Assembly: GCA_030390025.1 (NCBI GenBank)
Contig: CM059438.1
Coordinates: 63,490,001 to 63,554,000, forward strand
DNA: 64,000 nt
Source: Squalus acanthias
Lineage: Eukaryota
Reading direction: 5' to 3'
Both the position numbers and the translations under genes were made by a program. Shown one piece after another: positions 24,237 through 36,599 of the stretch. The notes beneath the pieces are model-generated. The model was not told the origin of the DNA, made no database searches, and was given only the letters and a program-made list of their open reading frames with translations. Within the stretch, counting starts at the first letter, position 1; every line of letters starts with the position of its first letter.

Positions 24237-24739
24237 AAGCTGTTGGTGCTGGGGGAGTCACTGCTAACTTACAGAAGTCATGCTTACATTTGAAATGTGA
24301 TGCAGTTACATTTTGCTTCAGTCAATCTGGATTCAACTAGGAGAAATATCTGCTCAAAACATTTAATCAGGTCCTACATTTGTACATTCGGTGATCTGGA
24401 GAATTTGTAATAAAGAACATCAAGGTATTAGACGGTACAAAAGCAGTTGAGAACCTTTTAGGGGCAAATCTCTTTTGATGAAAATAAACAAGGGAAATGG
24501 TGCCAGGATAAATGTCCAAACACCACCTACTCAACAGGTTCAAAGATACCATTAGGTTGAAACCTTTATTGAAGGAACTGCATACATTCACCTGGCATTG
24601 TTACAGATAGAATCACTCCCACTGATATTTTACTGTCAGTAATTCAACTAATTACAAGTTTCATTTTAGAACTGTTTTGTTAAAATTCCCCATCTTTGCC
24701 GCTGGCTCCATTACCCTTCCTGGCTACCTGAATCATAAT

Positions 24740-25491
24740 GGCCCTGAATTTCCGACCCCCACGGGTGTGTACGAGGTGCGCATGCGCCCGTAGGGGCCGC
24801 GCAAGTTCCGGGTTTAGGTATGCGAAGCGCCTGCGCTGAAACCCGGAACTTGCGATCTGTCAAGAATTCTCTTGACCGATCCTCCGCATCCCCAGGAAAA
24901 GTCCCTCTGCGGGTGGAGAGTTGCGCTATTTGCTCAACTTCAGCCTGCTGAAAGGCCATAGAATTCTTACACCTGGTAAAAGGCCTGCTTTTACCAGCAT
25001 AAGAGTTATAAAAAATAAGATTTTATCACTCACTTATAAATTAAAAACCCTCTCCAATAAGTTACGGTTATATTCAGCCCTGTTAAAACATATTAAAAAA
25101 AATTCAAAAATTTAATTTTTATTTAACATATTTAATTAAATGCCATTTTAATTAATTTTATATATGTAATGGTTTTTCTTTATTTATTTCAGTGTGTTCG
25201 TGCATTTTTGCAGTCATCCCCATTCATACTTTTGACAGTTCTGTGCGTACGGAACTGTCAAAAGTATGAAGGGGGATTCCCTTCTTCCATTGGTTCGCCT
25301 GGCCCACGTGATCCCAGGTGTGCCTGCAAACCGCAAGCACCCCTAGGATACGTGGGCCTCTGCGCATTTCGAAGAGGAGAGGCCCAGGATCGCAAGCCTC
25401 GGTATCTCCAGGACCAGCAGGTAGGTTCGTAGAATTTTTTCTGATCGGAGGCATCCGCCTGCAGGAAGCCTCCGATCGGAAATTCAGGGTC
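24740..25491. mobile_element. Harbinger-type MITE, family A
   Basis: TIR GGCCCTGAATTTCCGA/TCGGAAATTCAGGGTC (15/16), flanks aat/att; internal similarity to 19005-19765. Confidence 0.88.
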
Positions 25492-26822
25492 ATTGTGTCA
25501 AACCTCAGCATCCTATTTGACCCAGAGTTGAGCTTCAAACCCATGTCGTATCCCTCTCCAACACTGCTTACTTCCACCTCCACAACATCGCCCGCCTCCA
25601 CCCCCTACCTCACCCTTATCCACAGCTTGGTCACCTCTCGACTTGATTACTCCAATGTCCTGCTCGCTGACCTCCCATCCTCCACCCTCCATAACTTGCA
25701 CCTTATTCAAAACTCAGCTGCCTGTATCCTATCCTGCTCTATGTCCTGCTTGATCATCGCCATCCTTGCCCGTACTTGTTGACCTACATTGGCTCCCCGG
25801 TCCAAAGTGGATTGAATTTAAAATCCTCGGCCTGGAGTTTTCGCTCAGTTGCGCTGGTTTTTTCGGTATGATTCCCCCGATATCGGCGTAACCAACGCAA
25901 AAGATCGCGGAATTTTAAGTGCAAATTGCATTCAGCGCAATTTGAGTTTCTGCGATCTTTTGCGCTAGTTTTAAAAACATTGCGCTGGAAGCCGGCCCCA
26001 CCCACAAATCTGGTCACACGCCCCAGGGTGAATGAATCACCAGTGGGAGTTTCCACTAATTGCGCTCGTTTGCAGGCCTTCGAGGAGGCGCCAAAAATTA
26101 AGCTGGATCTTTTGGGTGCAAGGACACTAATAGGTACGTTTTGAAAGGTTTTACATGAACTAAGGAACTCACTACTGTACCCCAATTTAACTAGAAAATA
26201 ATTTTGTATATTTAAAAAAATTTATTTTCAGTAATTTAAAAAAAAAATTACATTTTAAAACGCTGCCCGATTGCATTAGTTCATAGCGACGCCCACAGCC
26301 CATAAACGAATAAAAAAAATAGCAGATTTTGCGTTCGGTGATATGCAAATGAGTTTGAGCGGAAACTAGGGGGGAAAAAAACACTTTTCAAAACGGGCGC
26401 AAGTTTGGGCACAATTTGCGCCAGAATCACCGATTGTGCCCAGAGTGGAAGCTCTACCTCCAGGGCTTGGCCCATCCTATCTCTGCAACCTTCTCCGGTC
26501 TTGCATCCCCTTCCACACTCTTCGGTCATCTGACTTTTGTGCATCCTGCCTTACCTTTGCCCTACCATTGGTGGCAGAGTCTCTTGGTCTCCTCATCTCT
26601 AGAATTCCCTCTTTAAACCCCTGCGGTTGTCCCTTTTTGAAACCTGCTCAAGATGAAACTTGGTCATCTTCTACCAGACTTTTGGTCACGTCTCCTAACT
26701 CTTGAACCATGGCTCATTATTGATTCCTCATTTCTTTTATCTGTTTCTTTGTCCTCCACGTAAAATGCCTTAGGATACTGTCCGACATTAAAAGTGCATT
26801 ATAAATGCAAGTTGTTTTTATT
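25492..26822 (+). mobile_element. Old L2 3' fragment interrupted by MITE family C
   Basis: TLIHSLVTSRLDYSNVLL; tail TATAAATGCAAGTTGTT. Confidence 0.8.
25829..26460. mobile_element. MITE family C (Harbinger-like)
   Basis: Degenerate TIR GGCCTGGAGTTTTCGCT/AGTGGAAGCTCTACCTC; interrupts the L2; second copy at 27578-28258. Confidence 0.7.
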
Positions 26823-26904
26823 GTTGAGTGGTTATTTTATCAAGGTTGTCCATTTTGGGACAAGGCCTGAATGGAAAGAAGTTATGTGCTTTGGTCAACC
26901 TTCG

Positions 26905-27280
26905 GATCTTATTGAAACAGATAAGATTCTGAAGGGGCTTGACAGGGTAGATGCAGAGAGGATGTTTCCCCTCGTGGGGGAATCTAGAACTAGGGGCATA
27001 ATTTCAGCATAAGGGGGCACCCATTTAAAACGGAAATGAGGAGGAATTTCTTCTCTCAGAAGGTCGTGGATCTTTGGAATTCTCTTCCCCAGAGAGCTGT
27101 GGAGGCTGGGTCATTGAATATATTTAAGGTGGAGATAGACAGATTTTTGAATGGTAAGGGAGTCAAGGGTTATGGGGAGCGGGCAGGGAAGTGGAGTTGA
27201 GGCCAAGATCAGATCAGCCATGATCTTATTGAATGGCGGAGCAGGCTCGAGGGGCCAAATGACCTCCTCCTGCTCCTACG
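26905..27280 (+). mobile_element. CR1 3' fragment
   Basis: DLIET.KILKGLDRVDAERMFPLVGESRTRG plus 3' UTR. Confidence 0.9.
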
Positions 27281-27577
27281 TCTCCATCCTATATTCACTC
27301 TACAGTGACCACATATCCCAGCTGGCATCATTTTGAACCCACGTGCTAACTTGTCAGTTTTTCACAAGAAAAATCAGTTATTTTCTCGGGAATTGGAGGT
27401 TTTCACCATCAACCATTCAGATCATTTGGAAAGCAGAATTGGCACCATTCAGAACAATTATATTAGTTGGCGGGTCGGACTATAACCAATCAATCAGACC
27501 TCGCTTGCGTGCGGTCAATACTGATTGGCTGAATTCCTTCAAGCGAGAGCGGGACCTCTTTCTGGCTGGGGCGGAGA

Positions 27578-28258
27578 TAAACGTCGCGCTGGAAGCCAGC
27601 CCCGCCCACAAAAAAGACCATACCCCCAGATCGAATTAATAGCCACTGCCAGTTTCCGCTAATTGTGCCCAGTCGCAGGCCTTCGAGGAGGCTCTTAAAA
27701 TTAAACTGTTTTTAGGTGCAAGGACACTAATAGGCACCTTTTAAAAGCTTTTAAATATTAAAATATATTTAATTTACTAAGAACCTGACTAGTGTACACA
27801 AATAAAAAAATAAGTAAAAATCTTCCATGAACCAGTGCAATCGGGCAGCGGTTTAGAACGTAAATGCTTAAATTTGTAAATGATTCTGTATAGTTTTTTT
27901 AAGTCATTTTCAGTTATTGATAATCAGGTTACTCACAGCTGGTGGACCAGACACGTTTATTAAAAAGGCTAATTTTTTTGTGATGAACCCATTTTCAGCT
28001 GTATTAATAAAGCTGCACCCGGTTACCGCGCTTAGATATTTCAAGGGATATTTTTTGATGCAAGAAAACAAATAGAAGCAATTACGCTCTAAAACGCTGC
28101 CCGATTGCACTGGTTCATGGAAGATTTTTACTTTCGGTGATATACAAATGAGCTTGAGGGGACACTTGGGCAAAAAATTCAATTCCGAAAAATAGCGCAA
28201 TTTTGAACGCAACTTGTGCCTGGATTGACGATTGTGTCCAAAGCGGAAACTCTACCTC
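27578..28258. mobile_element. MITE family C, partial and rearranged copy
   Basis: Shares GCGCTGGAAGCC, GCAGGCCTTCGAGGAGGC, GGTGCAAGGACACTAATAGG and the right end with 25829-26460. Confidence 0.75.
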
Positions 28259-28418
28259 TCTGTGTATATAAGGGAATGTTGGATCGAGAGAGTAACTATA
28301 AAAAAAGGAAAGGTTGTTCTGGAATGATACTGAAAAAGGAAATGTGGCGCCGGAATTGGTATATTGGGGAGCACAAAACTAGGGGTCATAAATATATGTT
28401 AGTCACTAATAGGAACAT

Positions 28419-29265
28419 GGGGGTGATTTTGCCAGCCCTGGGGAGGCGGGTATGGAGGCGGGACTGCCGGGAAAATGGCAGAATCTGGGGGCGGGTACCC
28501 ATCCCGCCCCCAACCCGCCTCCGTGCCATCTTCCCAGGAGGCGGGTACCCGACCTGCGCTGGGAGCCGCCTCCTCGAGGCGGGAAGGGGATTAGTGCCAA
28601 TTAACTGCCCGTTAACAGGTAGTTAACAGGCAGTGTTTTTGGATAATCCCTATTTTGCCACCTAAAGTGTGGGCTTCCCGACAGCTCTGAACCTTGCCAG
28701 GGTCAACGAGGCGAGCTGTGGGTCTGCTGGGGTCGGAGGGGCCGAGATGTCCGGTGTGCAGGTGAGTGCTGGGTGCATGTGTGCAGAGGTAAGTGTGTGA
28801 GGTGAGTGTAAAGTGTATTAATAAGTTTTACTTACCTTTGCTTCTTCCTCCAGCCTTCATCCCTTCAGGTCTCGGGCGTCCCTCATCTCACCGGCAGAGA
28901 AAGTAGAATGGCCGCTGCATTCTCAAATGCATCAGCCTTCTGCTTTCTGCTCAGGACAGATCTCTAAGTAAGCCTGTGTCCCAGGTCTCAACTTAGAAGA
29001 CAGATTGTCAGTGTTTGACAGCTTCACAGAGCTGTCAAACGATGACAATTCATCTGTCAAAAGCTCTTGACAGATGAAACATCACTCGCTGACGTCACCA
29101 GTAACCGTCTTTCCCTTAATTGGCCTGCTAAGCCCGCCGGGCGGGCTTAACAAGGTCAATCAAGGGAAAATAGCGTGTGTTGGCCGGACGTCGATGGAGG
29201 CGGGACTAAAACCCGACAAGCAGCAGTCCCGCCTCCATCACATCCCCATTGGCAAAATCACCCCC
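28419..29265. mobile_element. Harbinger-type MITE, family B
   Basis: Perfect 16-bp TIR GGGGGTGATTTTGCCA/TGGCAAAATCACCCCC; inserted in a CR1 tail. Confidence 0.9.
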
Positions 29266-29560
29266 ATAGGAACAGGACTAGGCCATTCAGCCCCTCGAGC
29301 CTATTCCGTCATTCAGTGAGATCATGGCTGATCTGTATCCAAACTCCATCCACCTGCTTTGGCTCCATATCCCTTAATACCCTTGTCTAGCAAAAATCTA
29401 TCGATCTCTGATTTAAAATGATTAATTGAGCTCGCATCTACTGCTTCTTGTGGGAGAGAGTTCCACACTTTTACTACTCTTTGTGTGAAGAAGTGTTTCC
29501 TAACTTCTCCCTTGAACGGCCTGACTCTGATTTTAAGGTTATGTCCCCTAGTCCTCACCC
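29266..29560 (-). mobile_element. CR1 3' fragment (tail continues at 28408-28418)
   Basis: RTRGHNLKIR...FFTQRVV.VWNSLP...KGIKGYG. Confidence 0.9.
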
Positions 29561-29579
29561 AATAAATCCAATAGGGATT

Positions 29580-29783
29580 TCAGGAGAAACTGATCGGGTG
29601 AGATGAGGTGGAGTGGGAGGAGGCTCGTATGGAGCATAAACACCGGCATGGGCCAGCTACATAAAATTATATCGAATTTGCAGCACAGAACCAGGTCATT
29701 TGGCCTGACTGGTCTATGCCGGTGTTTATGGTCCATCATCAGTTGGGCCAAATGGCCTGTTTCTGTGCTGTAAATTCTATGTA
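29580..29783 (+). mobile_element. CR1-subfamily 3' tail with an inverted copy of the same tail inside it
   Basis: GGAGCATAAACACCGGCATG...TTGGGCCAAATGGCCTGTTTCTGTGCTG interrupted by its reverse complement (~29660-29735). Confidence 0.7.
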
Positions 29784-31404
29784 AACAAGATACACTCCCC
29801 ACGCAAATTCTGAAAGGTGAACCGCCAGTGAAGTTAGTCACAAGGATGCACTTATAGGGTCTGACATCCCTTGTTGGTTTATTAGATTTAAATCCACCAC
29901 TGAGTTACTCACATCCACTGACCCCCAACATACTTTCTCTCACCTACTCTGTTGGTAGAAGCCAACAGTCAGACTGGTAGAGGAGTCCACAGTTCGAGAA
30001 CTGAAGCCTCCGCGTGAGTCGTCACCCAGATCTCGCTGGTGTCAGGCTTTTACTCCAGCCCCTTTACTTGCCAGTGATGGGGAGATAATGATCGCTCCTT
30101 TCAGATGCTGCCCTGTACGTCCAATATTCCAATGAGATTTCAGGGGGGAATCTTATTGCCCTGTCGATAGTGCTGCGTGTTTACAGAATTGGGTACAAAG
30201 AAAGACTTGTGATGTTCATTGTGGACCTGACTGCTTCCATGAAATTCATGAACCAACAAACAGTTAATTAGTATTTTTCTCTGATCGGTGGGGGTGCGAT
30301 CGCTCAATCCCTTTGCTGCTACACCTTGTTGATCTAAACCTTTGCTAGTTTCTCTCCATTGGCGGAATAGCTAAATGACTCAATTTCCAGTTTTGCAGTT
30401 TCCCCCTCGTTAGGGAACTCAAAGAATGTCTTGCTTTGGACTGGACTTTAGACTGGGTCAACTCTGCAAAGAGTTAAGTTCTGAGCTCGTTCTAAGTGAA
30501 CTGAACACTTTCAGGCAGGTTCTGATGCGTGGCTCACTTTTGCGCTCATCCCTGTGTGTTGAGTTCCATAATTACAGACTGTGAAGGTGAAGAACATTTC
30601 CTAAACCTGCAATTATCGTAGATCAGGCGCAAATGATGATTGCTGAGTTGGGCAAGGAACCCAGCTGGGCACTGAATTGAGGACTAGTTAGGTAATTGTA
30701 TGTTGCACTGATTACACTAGCTGTCACGAAATTATTAGCTAGCCTAAACTATCATAAAATCACTACCATTTTCTTCTCAAATGTGCATCCACGACCTCAC
30801 ACAGTAATATATCTGACTCTGCTGTGATCCACAGTCCGCATTTTACAGCACTAATGGACTCGAGTAGCAGGGACCGATTTTGCGCGAATATGTCAAAAGT
30901 CACTGCACAAATGCTCAGTATTTCTATAACATATCCATTTTGCGATTGCTATGAATTTTGCAGACACTCAGGTCCTGCTTCATCTGCTCTGTCAATCGAA
31001 GGGATGCTCCACTTCTTTTTTATTAAAACTCAGAAAATGCTGAAGGTTTTCAAACAGAAAATGAACCGCTGTGCTTTGAAACTCTCTGCTCTTTCTTGGT
31101 CAATTGGAGAAGTAAATGACATTTTCTGCAGACTGGCACTAAAGATGAGAGGAGTGGAATGCTTACTTTCACTTTTATTTTGATTGAGGGAGGAATGTCC
31201 CTTCGCCCATCTAAGGCATCCTTTTAAAAATAAATATTGGAACTCCTTCAGTGGCACAGTTGATAAGCATGCTTCCTACTGTGGACTCTAAGCTATGAAA
31301 GGTAGGGAGGATCTCTTGTTCAATTCCCTGTCTGTGCTTGGTTACCTGGCTTCGCCACCTCTGGGTAAGGGATGGGTAAAATTATACAAGACTCACACTC
31401 TAAT

Positions 31405-31882
31405 CTACTTGTCAGGGGTAGCACTCTTGCCTCTGAATCGTGAAGATCATGGGTTCAAGACCCACTCCAGAGACAATAGCACATAATCTAAGCTGACACA
31501 CTCGGCAGTGCTGCACTGTCAGAGGTGCCGTCTTTCGGACGAGACATTAAACTGAGGACCAGTTGCCCTCTCAGATGGACGTAAAGATGTTGGACTATAA
31601 CCTGGTGTTGTGCGACCTCTCAATTTTCTCCGCATCATGACTTTTAAAGAAGGGCAGGGGAGTTCTCCCCGGGGTCCTGGCCAATATTTATCCCTCAAGC
31701 AACACCAGCAAGAACTTCTTATCTGGTCATTTGCCTCATTGCTGTTTGTGGGACCTTGCTATGCACAAATTGCTACACTGCCCTACATTACAACAGTGAT
31801 TAGACTTCAGAAGTACTTCATTGGCTATGCAGCACTTTGGGACATCGTGAGGTCATGAAAGGCACTGTATAAATGCAAGTTC
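31405..31882 (+). mobile_element. Deu-domain SINE with a short Penelope pLTR fragment at ~31588-31622
   Basis: Deu core at 31505-31590; TGTTGGACTATAACCTGGTGTTGTGCGAC matches 50501-50530. Confidence 0.8.
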
Positions 31883-32876
31883 CCTTTTTCTTTCTTCTCT
31901 CTATAGTGGGAGGGGGAATAATTAGATTGGGGCCACTAGAATGCAGAGGGGGAAGGTACAGCAGGGTGGAGGGGTCAGGGAGCAGGTAGAGCACTGTGTG
32001 AGTTCGGGGGGGGGGGAGAGTGGAGGAGGAGGACAATGCTAAAGAATTGTAAGAAGTCAGCGGAGAGTTGAAGGCCTAGAGTGGCGGAAAGAAGAGAACT
32101 GAAAGCTATCAGAGCATGTCAGAGTGGGGTGGAATCAGAAGAAATGGCTGCATTGCTGCAACTAGTGACACAAATATAGTAAGAGAGAGGGAAGGGAAGA
32201 GGGTGGGGAGCAGCAGCATTTAGGGAGCGGGGGTAAAGACAGAGCACGTTCCTGAGTGGGAGCCGTTAGTTAGTGGAAAACAGCCGGGGGTGTGGGGGAG
32301 AGGGGAGAGGAAACCGTGGTGGGAGGTACGGAATATGAAAATCTTAAATTGAAAACTTGAAGATTAAGTGGATAATGAACTTACCTGGTGGCAGAGCTGG
32401 GACAGACAGATCTGAAATTAGGACCCAATGGTTGGAGCGAGAATTACAATCGTGACAGTTGACATAGAGCTTTTCCATATTAAATATGGACATAGGATTT
32501 AATACTGTGAAAAGTTGACACCAAAGTGTGACAAAACAGAGACAACTGGAAGTATGGATTTGTAGACTGGAAATGCTAGCAGATGTAAGATTTTTAATAT
32601 GATTTATAGATAGACATGTAAATGAAATGATTTGAAATCGTGTGCAGTAGTGCTTTATCTACTATTTATGTGAAGATGTTAACCTATTTAAAATAAATAA
32701 GTTAAGGCCTTGAGTAAAACAAGGTAAATTCATATGAATGCATTTGTTAGTAATATCGCACAGTGCAATTTCAACCCAGAAGTGTCTTTAACCACAGGGG
32801 ATTCTCACAGCCCCAGACAGTTGTTTAGATAAGAAGCACTGACTGGCTTGGACATGTAAAATTACATAGTTACATA

Positions 32877-33631
32877 GGCCCAGAAATTCCGTTCGCAGGC
32901 CTCCCACGGGCGGAGGGCTGCGATCTGGAAAAATCTGCGCCTGGACCGGAGGGCTCCCGGGAGGCGCAGAGTTCCGTTGCTGGGCCTCTCCAAACTGCCG
33001 GTGCGCAGGGCCCACGTATCCCAGGGGCGCAGGTGGTTCGCAGCATCCCTGGGATCACGTGGGCCATGGGGAGCCAATCAGAGAAGGGAATCTCCCTTCA
33101 TACATTTGACAGGAAGACCTGTCAAATATATGAATAGAGATCACCCCCAAAACATAGTTAAACTTAAATAAATTAAAAAAAAAAATCACATTTTTAAAAT
33201 GACTTTAAATTACTATAAATTAAGTATTTTAAACAAAAATGTTATTTTTTGAAAAAAATAATTAAAGTTTTTAACGGGGCTAAAAATAACTTACCTTTCT
33301 TTAAAGTATTTTTAAATCATAAATCAGTGGAAATTTAAAAAAAAACTTTTTTCAACTCTTATCCTGGTAAAAGCGGGCCTTACGCCTGCTTTTACCAGGC
33401 GCAAGAATTATAAGTGTTTTCTGCGGGCGGAGGGTCTCCAAAAAACAGAACTATCCGCCCGCAGAGGCCCTTCTCCCGGGCAGGTGGAGGATCTGTCAAG
33501 AGCTTTCTTGACAGATCGGAAATGCCGGTTTTCAGCGCATGCGCAGTGCATACCTGAAACCGGCATTTCCATTGGCCCTACGGGTGAGTACACAGCGCGC
33601 ACACACCTGTAGGGACTGGAATTTCTGCCCC
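32877..33631. mobile_element. Harbinger-type MITE, family A (opposite orientation)
   Basis: TIR GGCCCAGAAATTCC/GGAATTTCTGCCCC; reverse-complement similarity to 24740-25491. Confidence 0.88.
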
Positions 33632-34063
33632 ATTGTATTTACAGCACAGAAACAGGCCATTCAGCCCAACTGGTCTATGCCGGTGTTTATGCTCCACACG
33701 AGCCTCCTCCCACCCTATCTGCACATAATTCTATTCCTTTCTCCCTGATGTGTTTATCTAGCTTCCCCTTAAATGCTTCTATGCTATTCACCTCAACTAC
33801 TCCCTGCGATAGTGAGTTCCACATTCTGACCACTCTCTGGGTAAAGAAGTTGCTCCTGAATTCCCTATTGGATTTATCAGTGACTATCTGATATTTATGG
33901 CCCCTAGTTCTGGGTGCGCCCACAAGTGGAAACATCTTCTCTGCATCTACCCTATCAAACCCTTTCATAATCTTAAAGACCTCTATCAGGTCACCCCTCA
34001 GTCTTCTCTTTTCTAGAGAAAAGAGCCCCAGCCTGTTCACTCTTTCCTAGTAGGTATAACCTC
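33632..34063 (-). mobile_element. CR1 3' fragment
   Basis: RLGLFSLEKRRLRGDLIEVFKIMKGFDRV. Confidence 0.92.
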
Positions 34064-34239
34064 GTAAACTGTAGTATTTGAATGGATTTTAAAGAGAGGA
34101 AGCATGAAACCTTTTCCCAGTAGATCCATTGTGAAGTTGATCCAACATGTTCGAACGTTGCCCATTTGACTATCTGCAGGCTCAGATTGAACAATAATGT
34201 CCACACTGTATCTAAAGCAGTCAAAAAGCATCAAATAGG

Positions 34240-34535
34240 CCTGTTGGTGGCTCAGTGGAAAAGCGCTTCCCTTGGAGTGAGGTGTGCAGACCAGAAAGGT
34301 CCCTGGTTTGGGTTGGTGGTTGATCTCTGCCCAGCAGTGAAGAGAGCACTGCAACTGACTTCAAGGACCCCCTTCAGCTAAGGGGGGGAAAAGATCAGCC
34401 AGAATTCTCACTCCTGCTTGCTCTCTAGTGACAGCTGCTGGAAAGTCTTTGAGGCGAGAGGCTCGAGCCCGCTGTGAGGGTCCCCACATGGTCTAATTTT
34501 CTGCTGACAACTGCTGTGTAGGCTGTCCCATGAAG
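34240..34535 (+). mobile_element. Old tRNA-derived SINE (AmnSINE2-like, tentative)
   Basis: GTGGCTCAGTGG...CAGACCAGAAAGGTCCCTGG head; related copies at 54790-55110 (-) and ~31250-31350. Confidence 0.5.
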
Positions 34536-34604
34536 AGTTACCCCTTCAAATCAACTTTGTCACTCAATTGCTCTTTCTAAATTTTCTTCTTGTCGAATTT
34601 TGGT

Positions 34605-34800
34605 AATTGTATGTATTTATATGACACCTTTAATGTCGTAAAACGCCCCGAGGCACTTCACAGGTGAAAAATGGATAAAGAGACATTAGGACTGGTGGTC
34701 ATAAGCTTGGTCAAAGAGGTAGGTTCAAAGGAGGAGAGGGAAGTGGAGGGGCGATGAGGTTTAGGGAGGGAATTCTAGAACTTAGGACCTAGATGACTGA
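34605..34800 (-). mobile_element. L2 3' fragment
   Basis: AAGCTTGGTCAAAGAGGTAGG...GGTTTAGGGAGGGAATTC as in other L2 ends. Confidence 0.75.
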
Positions 34801-35332
34801 TTATGAGCTCCATGGAGCTGCCAAATGTTACAGTAACCTCGAAACCTCAGCCACCGATAAAAGGAGACGGTCATCATTTTTATTTTGCTGGACTGAATCC
34901 AAATCCATATCACGAAGGTGGAAGAATGGTACCATAATATTCAGTCAAACAACGAAACCAATCAATTGTGGGAATGGAAATGAATACAAGGCCCTTTATT
35001 TCCTTTACGCTTTGAACATGAAACAAAGAGGGTTGATTTTGAATTGCCAGGGCTTTGTGTTTCTTTACAGTGGAGCCGCTGAAGTGGCTTTGTCCAAGTG
35101 GTGCTCCTTTGTATTAAGAAGACCTTCAAAAGGAGAAAGACAGTACTGGTGATTAAAAGCGCTTGCATCTCATTCGTAACATCGCCCCAGGGAACTCACC
35201 TGGGTTCTGGTCCTGATAGAGAAATATATTTGACTGTGTTTGTTGTGTCTTATATTTGCAAGGAGACAAAAAGCCATGGATTTAATGCTTAACCCCAAAG
35301 TGCTCTTCTGTAAATTCATTCCTAATGCTCTT

Positions 35333-35640
35333 CACAGAATCACAGAATCCCCACAGTGCAGATAGAGGCCATTTCGGCCCATCGAGCCTGCACCGACACA
35401 TATCCCACCCTATCCCCGTGTATTTAATCCCCCTAACACTAAGGGTCAATTTATCATAGCCAAATCAACCTAACCTGCACATCTTTGGACTGTGGGAGGA
35501 AACCGGAGCACCCGGAGGAAACCCACGCAAACACGGGGAGAATGTGCAAACTCCACAGACAGTCACCCGAGGCCGGATTTGAACCCGGGTCCCTGGTGCT
35601 GTGAGGCAACAGTGCTAACCACTATGCCACGGTGTTGCCC
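35333..35640 (-). mobile_element. HE1-type V-SINE, full length
   Basis: tRNA head (GTGGCATAGTGGTTAGCAC, GGTTCAAATCC), V-domain GTGGAGTTTGCACATTCTCCCCGTG...CCTCCCACAGTCC, CR1-like tail (ATTCTGTG)n. Confidence 0.88.
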
Positions 35641-35716
35641 CTTCATTTCTAATTAATTTTGTTAATTATCAGTGCGCTCTCAAACTGGCCCAGATTTTGG
35701 TATCTGCTGACTGCAT

Positions 35717-36320
35717 GGCCCTGAGAGTAAGCTGAAGGAGGCTTCTGAGCGGGGGGATGGAATTGCGTGAACGAAACCCGGAAGTCAAGTCAACCGGTCG
35801 GATTCTGCGATCACAACTGGATGGAAGCAATAAACTTTGCCTTCTGGGTTTTGCGTCTCCAAGCTGCGCAGCGGGCGTGGTGCGCAACCGCATGATGCGA
35901 TCTCAGCTCTATTTAAAGGGACAAAGCACAAATTGAAATTGGAGGAGCCAGGAGGTGTTTACGATGGGTGCTTCATAGAGCAAGGGCAGCACTCGGATTC
36001 AATGACGCATCCCTGGAATTACTGCTGGGTGCATTCAGGAGAAGGAAGGACATACTTTTCCCCAGCAATGGGATGAAGAAACCTCCAGCTCTCACCAAGC
36101 AGGCGTGGTTGGAGGGAGCTGAGGAGGTGAACAGCAGGAGCATCGTGCCCCGGTCACGGATGCAGTGCAGGAAGCGGTTTAATGACCGAACCAGGTCAGG
36201 AAAGGTGGGTACATTTGCTGATTCACCTACATCCTGTGATTTAAGCCCCCTCTTTCACTCTGCCTTGCTAAGTGTTCTCATCACATCACTTCTCAAACCC
36301 ACTCAACTTTCAGCAGCACC
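35717..36320 (+). mobile_element. Myb-only Harbinger derivative, 5' part; Myb exon 1 at ~35963-36204
   Basis: FNDASLELLLGAFRRRKDILFPSNG.KKPP...W...AEEVNSRS...QCRKRFND.TRSGK then GT donor; terminus resembles 7900. Confidence 0.8.
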
Positions 36321-36599
36321 TGTTGGCTGATTGGAATTTGAGGCTTTGGCGCCTGAACCGTTCTATATCATACCGCGAGCTCTCTCAAGTTTGACACTCA
36401 ATCACTCTCGCACATTTCTGCTCTTAATTGCAATCTCTTTTAAGTTTCTCCAGAAGTCAAGGTCAGTTTACAGTAAACAAATGTTCTCATGGAATTCCTT
36501 CACTGAACCTACTTGGTGAAGTGTAGGTGTGGAGTATTTTCTTTTGGGTTACCCCTCACTGCTGAAACCAGTGTTAGGTACAACAAAGTTTTAGTTGAG

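Noticed and set aside
28416..29268. 2-bp AT TSD suggesting an ISL2EU-type element
   Set aside because: Only this copy fits; the sister copy at 10840 and family A copies show 3 extra bases against the empty site
31900..32340. Purine/G-rich tract as a G-quadruplex or promoter
   Set aside because: Irregular low-complexity sequence, probably a decayed repeat; no supporting feature
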